A DNA stretch of 64,000 nucleotides from Candidatus Cloacimonadales bacterium (GCA_963674825.1 OY771587.1:3712001-3776000), one strand, 5' to 3'; positions 10,088 to 19,688 are shown, numbered from the stretch's first letter. The notes: generated from the letters alone by a model not told the origin. Numbers and translations are program-made.

Positions 10088-11209
10088 ATGATAAAATTTA
10101 CGAACCTGATTATATTGCTGTTTTTCGCTGCGTCCATGATGCACGCTGTAAACGATATCACCGTGGAATACAAAGATGGTCCCGCGCCGGAAACTATCTC
10201 CGTCTGCGAACTGGAGGGGCTTCCCTACTTCAACGTTTACGAACTAAACAAAGTATTCAACGCCAGTATTCGCGAGGACGAAACCGACCAACGCCTGCGC
10301 ATTGAGCTCTATGGCAAGCAGTTTATCTTCCTGCTCCATTCTGGCTGGTTCCAGGTAGACGACTCAAGCTACTGCATGTTGTATCCCATGAAGCGGATCG
10401 GCCTGCGCTATTTCCTGCCGGTAAGTGTGCTAGAAATGCAGCTAGTTGCCATTCTGAACAATCACATCACATATAATGAGCAGAACCGCAAGATCCTCGC
10501 CGACGTCCCCATCGATCACTCCATCAAGCGGATCATCCTCGATCCGGGGCATGGCGGGGTCGACCCGGGTGCTCTGGGAAGCAAGAACCACGAGAAGGAC
10601 ATCGTTCTATGTATCGCCGGTAAGCTCAAGAAGCGGCTTGAATACGAGCTTGGCATCGAAGTTCTGATGACCCGCGACACGGATGAATTCATCTCATTAC
10701 GTAATCGATCACGTTTTGCCAACGAAAGCCAGGGTGACCTCTTTATCTCGCTCCACTGCAACGCGTCTGAAAACCGCAAAAGCACCGGCGTGGAGGTCTA
10801 TTTCCTCTCACCCGCCAAGACCAACGATGCGCGTGCTGTGGAAGCATTGGAAAACTCGGTTGTGCAGAAATACGAGGGCGGCGAAGAGGCGGTCAAACGC
10901 TACGACGACCTCTCCTTTATCCTCATGGACATGGCTCAGACAGAGCAGCTTCAGGAGAGCAGCGACCTTGCATGGAAATTGCAGGCGAATCTCGTTTCCG
11001 CATCCGGAAGCAGAGATCGCGGCGTTAAGCAAGCAGGATTTTATGTACTACGGGTTTCGTTCATGCCGGCGGTGCTGGTTGAGCTGGGATTCATCAGCAA
11101 CAGAGAAGAAGAGAAAAAGCTCGCAGATGGCGCATTCCAGGACAAGCTTGTTGCTGCGCTGTTTGAAGGCATCAAAGATTTTAAATTCAAATATGACCGC
11201 GTACGGTAG
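10088..11209 (+). CDS. N-acetylmuramoyl-L-alanine amidase (Amidase_3)
   Basis: LDPGHGG.DPGA, ISLHCNA, VLVELGFISN. Confidence 0.93.
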   Translation: MIKFTNLIILLFFAASMMHAVNDITVEYKDGPAPETISVCELEGLPYFNVYELNKVFNASIREDETDQRLRIELYGKQFIFLLHSGWFQVDDSSYCMLYPMKRIGLRYFLPVSVLEMQLVAILNNHITYNEQNRKILADVPIDHSIKRIILDPGHGGVDPGALGSKNHEKDIVLCIAGKLKKRLEYELGIEVLMTRDTDEFISLRNRSRFANESQGDLFISLHCNASENRKSTGVEVYFLSPAKTNDARAVEALENSVVQKYEGGEEAVKRYDDLSFILMDMAQTEQLQESSDLAWKLQANLVSASGSRDRGVKQAGFYVLRVSFMPAVLVELGFISNREEEKKLADGAFQDKLVAALFEGIKDFKFKYDRVR

Positions 11210-11221
11210 CCCGGGGAGATC

Positions 11222-13231
11222 ATGAAGCAAATTTGGCTGGTATTTTTTCTTATCGTAACAGTTTTCCCGATCCTGGCGATGGATCACCTCAATGAGCTTA
11301 ATCTCATTCTTTTCGACGTCTCCAAAAGCATGGAAGGTTACGGAGATGGACAGGGAATCGATGTATTCCAACAGGAGAAAGACGCCGCAATATTCCTCGT
11401 AGAGCATGTGCCGAACAACAGCTATCTGATGGTGATGCCTTTCCACGATAATATCGAGAAGAACCTCTTCAAGGGAAGAATCGAGGGTGATGCCCAACGC
11501 ATCCAGGCTGCTGATTTCATTCACTACCTCGAGACCAGCGGTAACCAGACTTCTCTGACGAAGTCGGTTCAATCCGCCATTGCTGCGGGCGATTTAGCCA
11601 TTACAATGGAGCGCTTCATCCCCGAGTACGGCAACCTCTATATCTTCTCCGATGGCAAGGGTAACGATGAACTCGATCATAACATCGATAATCTCATTAA
11701 GGCAATAACTATTGACGATCCGCTCATGCCGGCGATGAACACGCAGATTATCGCCATTGGTAAAGTATTCAGCGAAGAAGAGCTCAAAAAACTGGCAGAA
11801 GCGAACGCTCATGTGATTTCATTCGATCGCGAGCAATTCCAGCAAATCAATATCTACGTCACCAGCCTGGGTGCTTACTCCATGGGAACGGTTATCTATC
11901 AGCTTATGAAGCTGGAGACCAACCGCGATATGATCGGCACCGAGATCGACCTTGGTGTGGTCGTGCAGGAATTCGAAGAGATCGTCCTGCCTATCGTGCT
12001 GGAGAGATCGGTTGAGGTCAACACGAAGAAGCTGCTGGAAAATAAAAGCTTCCATTTCCCAGACAGGCCGGACTCAGTGACTGTATTTAAATCGATTCGC
12101 AGACGTTTCGAGGTAATTGACAGTCTCTATGGGGTCAATGTTGCATCTGTGCTCGACACTGTTGACGCTGCGCGAATCTTGAACTGCTTCACAGCGCTCG
12201 ATTCGCTGATCAAAGAAGACCTCGCCCTCAATCTGAGGCCGCTCAGAAATCTTGCCAACTATAAAGACGTCGGCCTGGATACTCTCTTCGTGAAGCCAGC
12301 GCATATTCGCATCACGAATGAAACAATCATCGATACAATTTCCTTCAACGTGGCACAGTATCGCTCGATGGTCGATAGCCTTTACGGCGTCGATCTGCAA
12401 AAACTCGGCTTGAGTGAACTACATACATCACTGAATTTCTCGGTCGATGTGCGTCAGCTCGAAGATGGCTCTACAATGTTCCCCTCCAATCAACTGCTCT
12501 ATACAGCTTCTATCTCCCGGCAGACTTTCGAACCTATGCAGGAAATTCTGGGCAAGAAAAAAAGCAAGGGAATCCGATTTGAGGTAGAGGCAAGCTTTAA
12601 AACCTACGCGATTTATATTGGCGTCCTTCTTGGAGTAGCGGTGCTGGTCGTGTTTATGTATCTCTGGTCGAGATCCGTCCGCATGGGCACAACGCGCGAT
12701 TACAAATATGTTGATGTTTCGGGGTATCTTTCTGGGAATACCGAACTGCTAGACCTCAGCAAAATGCTGGAAGATATCCTGAAGAAAGAGAAGCATCTCT
12801 TGAATAACATTCGAATCCAGAAGCCCCTTACACATAACAAGATCGCGCAGATCAACGCGCAGAGAGACGCAGTATTCTATGTATTGAACGAGATCATTAT
12901 CAACGCGGCTGAAGCAGCTTCCGCGACAGACGGATCTCGTATCGCTATCAAGGTCGGTGAGGATATGAGTGCTGTGAAAATGATGATCCAGGATAACGGG
13001 ATTGGTGTTCCAGGCGATATGCGTGTTAGTGTGTTCCGCAAGAAATTCTCCACCAAGGGACGCGAAGGTGCAGGGCTTATCAAATGTCACAAAATCATGC
13101 ACGCGCTGCATGGAGAAATAACTTACAGACCTATTACTCGCCTGGAAACAGACGCTGTAACCCGCAGTCACAAGGTAATCGATGACGGTACGATCATCAC
13201 GTTGTCGTTCCCGCGCAATGGTAGGGGATAA
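11222..13231 (+). CDS. Membrane protein: signal peptide, vWA domain, TM helix, C-terminal HATPase_c (no H-box seen)
   Basis: MIDAS DVSKSM and FSDG; TM IYIGVLLGVAVLVVFMYLW; N-box NEIIINAAEA, DNGIG, FSTK.GAGL. Confidence 0.7.
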   Translation: MKQIWLVFFLIVTVFPILAMDHLNELNLILFDVSKSMEGYGDGQGIDVFQQEKDAAIFLVEHVPNNSYLMVMPFHDNIEKNLFKGRIEGDAQRIQAADFIHYLETSGNQTSLTKSVQSAIAAGDLAITMERFIPEYGNLYIFSDGKGNDELDHNIDNLIKAITIDDPLMPAMNTQIIAIGKVFSEEELKKLAEANAHVISFDREQFQQINIYVTSLGAYSMGTVIYQLMKLETNRDMIGTEIDLGVVVQEFEEIVLPIVLERSVEVNTKKLLENKSFHFPDRPDSVTVFKSIRRRFEVIDSLYGVNVASVLDTVDAARILNCFTALDSLIKEDLALNLRPLRNLANYKDVGLDTLFVKPAHIRITNETIIDTISFNVAQYRSMVDSLYGVDLQKLGLSELHTSLNFSVDVRQLEDGSTMFPSNQLLYTASISRQTFEPMQEILGKKKSKGIRFEVEASFKTYAIYIGVLLGVAVLVVFMYLWSRSVRMGTTRDYKYVDVSGYLSGNTELLDLSKMLEDILKKEKHLLNNIRIQKPLTHNKIAQINAQRDAVFYVLNEIIINAAEAASATDGSRIAIKVGEDMSAVKMMIQDNGIGVPGDMRVSVFRKKFSTKGREGAGLIKCHKIMHALHGEITYRPITRLETDAVTRSHKVIDDGTIITLSFPRNGRG

Positions 13232-13258
13232 ACGTTTTCTACTTTTTCTTGTTCATGA

Positions 13259-13286
13259 TTGACAGAATCCTGCGTCATGATAAAAT
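13259..13286 (+). promoter_or_regulatory. Putative sigma70 promoter of ribH-nusB
   Basis: TTGACA-16 nt-TAAAAT with TG extension. Confidence 0.55.
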
Positions 13287-13324
13287 GGAATATTGATGAT
13301 GAATCTATGAGTCAGGAGTAAAAT

Positions 13325-13789
13325 ATGAGCGTTTTTGAAGGTAATCTCAACGCTGAAGGCTTACGCGTTGCAATCGTCGTGAGCCGCTTTAACGAATTGA
13401 TCAACCGAAAGCTTTTCGAAGGTGCGATGGACTGCCTCAAGCGGCATGGCGCAGACGAGAAGAACATCGACATCGCATGGGTTCCGGGCTCGTTTGAGAT
13501 TCCGCTGACCGCGCTCAAACTGGCGAAAGGAAAGACCGACTACGATGCAGTCATATGCCTTGGCGCTGTAATTCGGGGTTCTACCCCGCATTTCGACTAT
13601 GTAAGCGCGGAAGTAAGCAAAGGCGTCGCGCAGGTTGGACTTCAGACAGGCGTGCCGTGCATCTTCGGCGTGCTTACAACCGACACCATCGAACAGGCGA
13701 TTGAACGCGCCGGGACAAAGATCGGCAACAAGGGCTGGGATGCAGCGCTTTCGGCGATCGAGATGGTAAATCTATATCGGGAAATGTAA
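13325..13789 (+). CDS. ribH: 6,7-dimethyl-8-ribityllumazine synthase
   Basis: [29 protein letters not shown]. Confidence 0.98.
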   Translation: MSVFEGNLNAEGLRVAIVVSRFNELINRKLFEGAMDCLKRHGADEKNIDIAWVPGSFEIPLTALKLAKGKTDYDAVICLGAVIRGSTPHFDYVSAEVSKGVAQVGLQTGVPCIFGVLTTDTIEQAIERAGTKIGNKGWDAALSAIEMVNLYREM

Positions 13790-14245
13790 ATGGGAATGAG
13801 ACGAAAAGGTAGAGAAATCGCGGTTCAGACCGTATATTCTCTCGATTTCAATGAATCGGATAATTACCTCGGCATGCTGGAATGGATCGGAAAATACAGC
13901 GAATACCTCGAATATATCGCGGAAAACGCCAGTATCGAACCAACCAGTTCAATCTATGAATTCGCCGATACACTGATCCAGACGGTTCTCCGGAATATCG
14001 ACAACGTGGATCAGGCGATCAAGGACAAAGCAACGAACTGGTCGTTCGAACGCATCGCTGCGATGGATAAAAACATCATGCGTATTGCGGTCGCAGAGCT
14101 GCTCTTCACCGATACTCCAGCGCCTATCATCATCAATGAGGCGATCGAAATCGCGAAGAAATTCAGCTCTGAGAATTCGGGGAAATTCATCAACGGAATT
14201 CTCAACACCATTGCGAAAGAAAATGAAAAAAAGACTGACGTGTAG
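13790..14245 (+). CDS. nusB: Transcription antitermination factor NusB
   Basis: RRKGREIAVQ, INEAIEIAKKF, FINGIL; follows ribH. Confidence 0.95.
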   Translation: MGMRRKGREIAVQTVYSLDFNESDNYLGMLEWIGKYSEYLEYIAENASIEPTSSIYEFADTLIQTVLRNIDNVDQAIKDKATNWSFERIAAMDKNIMRIAVAELLFTDTPAPIIINEAIEIAKKFSSENSGKFINGILNTIAKENEKKTDV

Positions 14246-15119
14246 CGTCGGCGTCATTGTATACAACGAAGCCGATAACATAGAAAAACTTCTCAGAAGT
14301 CTGTGCAGCCAGGAAACGAGTATCGCGGAGATCAAAGAGATTATCGTGGTATCCAGCGCTTGTACAGACGGCACAGACGATATTGTTCGCGCTTTCAACG
14401 ATCCGCGCGTACAGCTCATCTCTGAGTCGGAACGTCGCGGGAAATCTGCTGCGATCAATAAATTTATCCATCATGCTACCGGTGAGATACTAATCGTCGA
14501 AAGTGGTGACACGCTTCCCGCGAAATCGACGGTCGAGAAAATGGTTCGCACCTTCCTCGATCCCAAAGTAGGTATGGTGGGCGGAAGACCGGTTCCCGAG
14601 AATTCGCTCAGCAGCTTCGTCGGGTACAGCGTGAACTTGTTGTGGAAACTTCATCACCGCATGGCGATGGTCTCCCCCAAGCTGGGCGAGATGATTGCGT
14701 TCCGCAATTTTATCACGAAGATCCCGGATCGCAGTGCGGTTGACGAAGCCAGTATCGAGGCCATCGTGCTCGCAAAGGGTTATAAGCTGAAATATATCCC
14801 CGACGCGATTATCCACAATAAAGGCCCCGAGACACTCTCCGACTTCATCAAGCAACGCCGCAGAATCGCCACCGGACACCTCTGGCTTAAGAAAGTGCAA
14901 AATTACTCGGTAGTATCACAGGACTCCGGTCTCCTGATCAAGCTTGCGCTGCGCGAGCTATGCGATCATCCGCATCGCGCATTTCACCTCGGCGGTACGA
15001 TCCTGCTCGAAGTGTATTGTCGCTTCCTGGGTTGGCTTGATTTCGTTGTTCTTAAAAAGAATCCTTTTACTTGGGAGATCGCTCGAACGACCAAGAAACT
15101 GGATAAACAGGTGGATTGA
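14223..15119 (+). CDS. Glycosyltransferase family 2
   Basis: VIVYNEAD, CTDGT, GKSAAIN, QRRRI; ATG 14223 preferred over the ORF-track start. Confidence 0.85.
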   Translation: MKKRLTCSVGVIVYNEADNIEKLLRSLCSQETSIAEIKEIIVVSSACTDGTDDIVRAFNDPRVQLISESERRGKSAAINKFIHHATGEILIVESGDTLPAKSTVEKMVRTFLDPKVGMVGGRPVPENSLSSFVGYSVNLLWKLHHRMAMVSPKLGEMIAFRNFITKIPDRSAVDEASIEAIVLAKGYKLKYIPDAIIHNKGPETLSDFIKQRRRIATGHLWLKKVQNYSVVSQDSGLLIKLALRELCDHPHRAFHLGGTILLEVYCRFLGWLDFVVLKKNPFTWEIARTTKKLDKQVD

Positions 15120-16201
15120 TGTTTGAATTGATTCCGCGCATCTTGCTGTATAAAATATCATTTGTCCTCGGATTCCCGAGGCTAATGCCCATGAATTATA
15201 CCGTGAGCCTTACATACAACTGCAATTCACGGTGCCAGACCTGCAACATCTACGAAAAGAAAGCCGATAACCTGCGTCCGGAAGAATATGACAAGATCTT
15301 CCGTAAAATCGGGAAATCACCATACTGGGTAACGCTCAGCGGTGGAGAACCCTTCCTCCGCAAGGATATCGTCGAGATATGTAAAATCATCTACGATCGC
15401 TCCAGACCGGCGATTATTAATATCCCCAGCAACGGCATTCTTACCGACAAGATCGTCAACAACGTGTGGGAGATCGCCGCGTACTGCCAGAAGTCGAAGA
15501 TCGTGATCAATCTCTCCGTCGATGGCATCGGCGAACAGCACAATCGCATTCGCAACGTGCCGGAGAACTACGAAAAAGTGCTGGCAACCTATCAAGCGCT
15601 GCGTGAACTCAAGATGGACAATCTCTCCGTTGGGATCCACACGGTAATATCGCGCTTCAATGTCGATTCCTTCGCTTCCATCGCAAATACGCTGCTGGAA
15701 CTCAAACCCGATTCATACATCACCGAGATCGCCGAAGAGCGTGTAGAACTGGGTACAATGGGAAAAGAAATCACACCCAATCCGCTCGAATACCGTTCAG
15801 CGATCGATTTCCTGATCCACCGGATTAAAAACCGTGAGTTCAAGGGCCTGAATAAAATCACGCAGGCATTCCGCATCGAATACTACAATCTCGTGAAGCA
15901 AATCCTTCGCGATAAAAAGCAGGTGATTCCCTGCTATGCGGGTGTTGCATCGGTGCAGATAGCGCCCGATGGCGATGTCTGGTCTTGCTGTATTAAAGCG
16001 GAGAGTATGGGCAACCTGCGCGACTATAACTACAACTTCCGTCGCATATGGAATTCCAGAGAGATGGATCGTGAACGACGCTCCATAAAACGAAAAGAAT
16101 GCCACTGCCCACTCGCCAATGCAGCCTACACCAACATGCTAATGGATTTCCCGACCCTATGGCGTGTTTTCTACCGCAGCTTCCTGCGCTGGTGGAACTG
16201 A
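15119..16201 (+). CDS. Radical SAM protein with SPASM/twitch domain
   Basis: CNSRCQTC, SGGEPF, PCYAG...WSCC...CHC. Confidence 0.88.
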   Translation: MFELIPRILLYKISFVLGFPRLMPMNYTVSLTYNCNSRCQTCNIYEKKADNLRPEEYDKIFRKIGKSPYWVTLSGGEPFLRKDIVEICKIIYDRSRPAIINIPSNGILTDKIVNNVWEIAAYCQKSKIVINLSVDGIGEQHNRIRNVPENYEKVLATYQALRELKMDNLSVGIHTVISRFNVDSFASIANTLLELKPDSYITEIAEERVELGTMGKEITPNPLEYRSAIDFLIHRIKNREFKGLNKITQAFRIEYYNLVKQILRDKKQVIPCYAGVASVQIAPDGDVWSCCIKAESMGNLRDYNYNFRRIWNSREMDRERRSIKRKECHCPLANAAYTNMLMDFPTLWRVFYRSFLRWWN

Positions 16202-16202
16202 T

Positions 16203-17681
16203 ATGCTGAATGTCAACCTGATTTCAGGAAACACCGACCAGCAGTTCACCTTCTCCGACTTTTTCAGCCATCGAAGCAATAACTTCATATTAATGACTGA
16301 ATGCTACGATCATTTACCTTTATATCAATCGATCAATCGTTCGATCCTGCAACAAATCCTGACACTCGGTTTCGATCAGAACAAAGAGGTCCAGGATGAG
16401 GACTTGCAAGAGTTCTTCCGTCAACTGAACTGGCAAGTTAGCGCCAACCTGCAACGAATGCATGTTAATGCCGAAGGTAAGAGCATTGAGCCAGGTATAT
16501 CCCTTCTTTTCGTGTTGTTCCGCGAAAACAGGCTGACCGTCGTGCAATTCGGCAGAATTCTTTGTGGGATTGTCAGCGAAGGAACAAAAATCGAGATCGG
16601 CCACACGTGGGAGAATTTTTCGATCAAATCGCGCGAAGCGTTGAATCTACTCGGCTATAACGCGGACAACATCCCTGTTAAGCTGCACCATCACACGCTC
16701 GAACCAGGGCAATCATTCGTCGCATTTTCTTCAAAGCACGCCCAGAAGATCAGCCAGACGCAGCCCAAACCAAAATTGTGGCAAATGTTGCTCGCGGAAA
16801 TCAACGACCTTCACTGCATAGTTGAAAATCCAAAGCGATACAGTTATCATTCAAGCTTTTTTAGAAGACTGAAACCATTCCAGATCACAGCGATCATCCT
16901 TATAATGGTTATCGCGACAACAATTGTCTATTGGTTTTGGGGTCGAAATCAGGTGGAAAGCCATCTGGTTTCATTGAAAGAACGCTACCGCGAGCTGGAA
17001 CGCAACACCGATCCCGAGCGAACACCTGAGCTGCTCGGTGACCTGATTCAGTCCGTTTTCCCCTATGCCGATTCCGCCAGCATCGGTGAGATCGAGCTCA
17101 ATATTCGCCACACCATGGAGATCACCAATCGACTCGTCCAGGGACCCATGGACGAAATCGGAATATCTCGCGATTGGACACGCAAGATGGACGGCAGTTC
17201 TTCGATTATCCCGATATTCGATTCACGTGCGATTTACTACGGCTATAGTAAGAATGTGTGTGCTATCGACAAAAGTTCTCGCAAAGAGCTTTGGAAATAC
17301 GAAGCCGATTCCACTATCAGACAGTTGATCCTGACTGACGGTAATCGAATGATGGTAGCGACAAAAAGCGGGAAACTTTTCTCGCTCAATCGCTCCAATG
17401 GCGAAATGGAATGGGTTTCAACGAATGTCTCGATTGATCCGAAAGCCAGTGCACTACCAGTTCACCTGGACTTCGTACAGGATCGCCGACTGGTTTCCAG
17501 CGTACTACTATACATAGAAAATAAACAGCTTGTATTGATGGATTGTCGTGACGGGAAGCAGATTGCAGAAATGGATATTACAAGCGATTCGATTCAGATC
17601 AGCGATTATGATGTAATCGAGAAGTGCTGGTATATTGTGGAGATCGACAAGCTTTCGAAAATCAGATTCGACGTATTCTAA
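16203..17681 (+). CDS. Single-pass membrane protein: degenerate PP2C-like N-terminus and PQQ/BamB-like beta-propeller
   Basis: Central TM; propeller motifs AIDKSSRKELWK, SLNRSNGEMEW, MDCRDGKQI. Confidence 0.55.
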   Translation: MLNVNLISGNTDQQFTFSDFFSHRSNNFILMTECYDHLPLYQSINRSILQQILTLGFDQNKEVQDEDLQEFFRQLNWQVSANLQRMHVNAEGKSIEPGISLLFVLFRENRLTVVQFGRILCGIVSEGTKIEIGHTWENFSIKSREALNLLGYNADNIPVKLHHHTLEPGQSFVAFSSKHAQKISQTQPKPKLWQMLLAEINDLHCIVENPKRYSYHSSFFRRLKPFQITAIILIMVIATTIVYWFWGRNQVESHLVSLKERYRELERNTDPERTPELLGDLIQSVFPYADSASIGEIELNIRHTMEITNRLVQGPMDEIGISRDWTRKMDGSSSIIPIFDSRAIYYGYSKNVCAIDKSSRKELWKYEADSTIRQLILTDGNRMMVATKSGKLFSLNRSNGEMEWVSTNVSIDPKASALPVHLDFVQDRRLVSSVLLYIENKQLVLMDCRDGKQIAEMDITSDSIQISDYDVIEKCWYIVEIDKLSKIRFDVF

Positions 17682-18919
17682 TCTTCCTTTTTCAGGCCTG
17701 ACAGCAGATCCGCTAAGTTATCGATCGATTCATCCATATCCTCTTCAGATAGCGGATCATCGTCATTCTCAACCTCTGAAACGCCCTCTCCTAGGCGGAT
17801 CATCGTCGTTCCTTCAGTATAGGCTTCAAACTCAATCTTAGATGTAGCCTTGAAGCGATCAAGAATCGACTGGATTCGATCAACCGACTCATTGATACGC
17901 GTCAGGAATCGAACAGAGTGGTCATCCAGCGACGCTTTATCCAGCACCATTTGGAGCATTTCGAGGTTGCCCTTGATGATCATCAGCGGTTGATTGATCT
18001 CGTGGTTGGCGGTTACAGCCATCGCCATTGCGGAGGTCTTGCGTTCGAGCTGGATGATCTCTTCCTGCGCGTTTTCCAATTTCTCGTATGATTCCTTTAA
18101 GTCTCGTTCGGCCTTCTTACGGTCGGAGATATCCACTAAAATGCTGATTACACCGGCAATCCTACGATTCTCGACTGCATTGATGTTCACATGATCCAGC
18201 GATAGATTGATATCCTCGAAGGTCGCTTTTTTAATGATGTAATCATGAATCTCACCATCTTGCGGCACCAACTGCATCTCGAAGGAGGTCTCCCCTGGTG
18301 CTTTGATCAGTTGCTGGTCAATGACTTCGAATTTCTTAGCCACTTCCTCTGTCATGATGTCGAAAAGAGTCGTCCAGGCAAGTTCGTTGCGGTCAACATT
18401 GAAATCTATCTCAAAAGCGGTGTTGCATCCTTCCAGATAGCCATGGATATCGCTGTAGAAGATGGGGTGTGGAATGGAATCGATGAGAATCTGCAAGAAT
18501 TCATTGCGAAACTGGAGTTGCATCTCGGATTGTTTCTGCTCGGAGATATCGGTGAGAATATTCAGGATCTCTCGCTCTTGTCCCGCGTCATCCACTATTG
18601 AGCTGGTTAACGCTCCCCAAAAGAAGGTGCCATCTTTACGTATGAACATGAGCTCGTTGTCGCAATGATCGACAACCCCATCCAGCAATCGTTGATAAGC
18701 GTCTTTGATTCGCTTGCGATACTCAGCGTGAACAATTCCTTCAAGGCCGACATTATGAACTTCATCGCTGCTGAAGCCGGTCATCTTACACCATGCCTTG
18801 TTGAAGTAGATATACTCCAGATCACTATTCAACACAGACATTCCAAGATGAGCATAGTCCATGTAAACGCATATCTGATTCATTCTCTTCGCGTTCGGAT
18901 TTGTGGTATCTTCTTGCAT
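17678..18919 (-). CDS. PAS-PAS-HisKA(DHp) protein lacking a kinase catalytic domain
   Basis: Two PAS/PAC units (TDISEQK, VDISDRK); H-box TANHEINQPL; short acidic tail. Confidence 0.85.
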   Translation of the reverse strand: MQEDTTNPNAKRMNQICVYMDYAHLGMSVLNSDLEYIYFNKAWCKMTGFSSDEVHNVGLEGIVHAEYRKRIKDAYQRLLDGVVDHCDNELMFIRKDGTFFWGALTSSIVDDAGQEREILNILTDISEQKQSEMQLQFRNEFLQILIDSIPHPIFYSDIHGYLEGCNTAFEIDFNVDRNELAWTTLFDIMTEEVAKKFEVIDQQLIKAPGETSFEMQLVPQDGEIHDYIIKKATFEDINLSLDHVNINAVENRRIAGVISILVDISDRKKAERDLKESYEKLENAQEEIIQLERKTSAMAMAVTANHEINQPLMIIKGNLEMLQMVLDKASLDDHSVRFLTRINESVDRIQSILDRFKATSKIEFEAYTEGTTMIRLGEGVSEVENDDDPLSEEDMDESIDNLADLLSGLKKED

Positions 18920-19072
18920 CGACGCCTATTCCCTTTATTCCTCATCATAAAGTCAATTAATAATCGAGAATGAACGGGGCCCATTATTTGTAAAGAGATA
19001 TTTACTGGGGGTTGCGGAAGTGCCAATGCTGCATCGGAAATCTGCTGGTGTGTTGTTTAACGTTGGTACCTT

Positions 19073-19105
19073 GAAAAGAGAAGGGGAAGACAATCGTCTT
19101 CCCCT
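19073..19105 (-). terminator. Intrinsic terminator of the DUF2089 operon
   Basis: AGGGGAAGAC/GTCTTCCCCT stem followed by TCTCTTTT on the minus strand. Confidence 0.7.
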
Positions 19106-19119
19106 CCGGTTCCGAGGAA

Positions 19120-19278
19120 TCACCAGATGGATTCATGCTGTTTGGGGTTTTGCCTTTGCTTATCTGGCTGCAGGAACCGATCGGTTGCATAGAGTATTGA
19201 AGGGAGAACGACCGGCTCCGGTTTTGTACGACGGAGTTTTTGCAGCATGCCGAGGAGTAGAGAGACCGGATTCCTCAT
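19120..19278 (-). CDS. Small 52-aa ORF (MRNPVSLLLGMLQKLRRTKPEP...HESIW), below the ORF-track cutoff
   Basis: AGGAG RBS overlaps the upstream TAG stop; the ORF ends just before the terminator. Confidence 0.5.
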   Translation of the reverse strand: MRNPVSLLLGMLQKLRRTKPEPVVLPSILYATDRFLQPDKQRQNPKQHESIW

Positions 19279-19287
19279 GATAATCTC

Positions 19288-19674
19288 CTATTCTGTATAT
19301 ATGCGGATGCTGACAGGATTTCCGCGATCATCCGCCAAGTCGAGACTCACGATGTCATCGATCTCGCCTCTGGCAGCTATCTCGAATATATCTTCCCAGT
19401 TCATCGCGCTAAAATCGAACTCGCTGCTTCCCACCGAGAGCCCTGCTCGAGCCTTCACCGGCACAAAACGTGCGCCAAGCTGTATCAGCGCAATGGGAAC
19501 CTTCAGCACCATCGCGGGTTTTTCTTCATCTTCTTTCCAGACATTGATCACCAGTCGGCGTGCTTGCTTCTCCTTCTTCTTCTTGGAGAGCAGCGCTTCG
19601 ATAAGTCGCGAAGCTTCAGCCGGTGTAATCTTGTTTTCCGCGACTAATCGCAGAATTTTGGCTCTTTCATCCAT
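19288..19674 (-). CDS. SHOCT-like domain protein (DUF2089-associated)
   Basis: ERAKILRLVAENKITPAEASRLIEAL; LKVPIAL. Confidence 0.75.
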   Translation of the reverse strand: MDERAKILRLVAENKITPAEASRLIEALLSKKKKEKQARRLVINVWKEDEEKPAMVLKVPIALIQLGARFVPVKARAGLSVGSSEFDFSAMNWEDIFEIAARGEIDDIVSLDLADDRGNPVSIRIYTE

Positions 19675-19688
19675 GGTCCCACCTCCGA

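Noticed and set aside
13232..13324. FMN riboswitch upstream of ribH
   Set aside because: The region is too short and lacks RFN motifs; only a sigma70-like promoter is seen.
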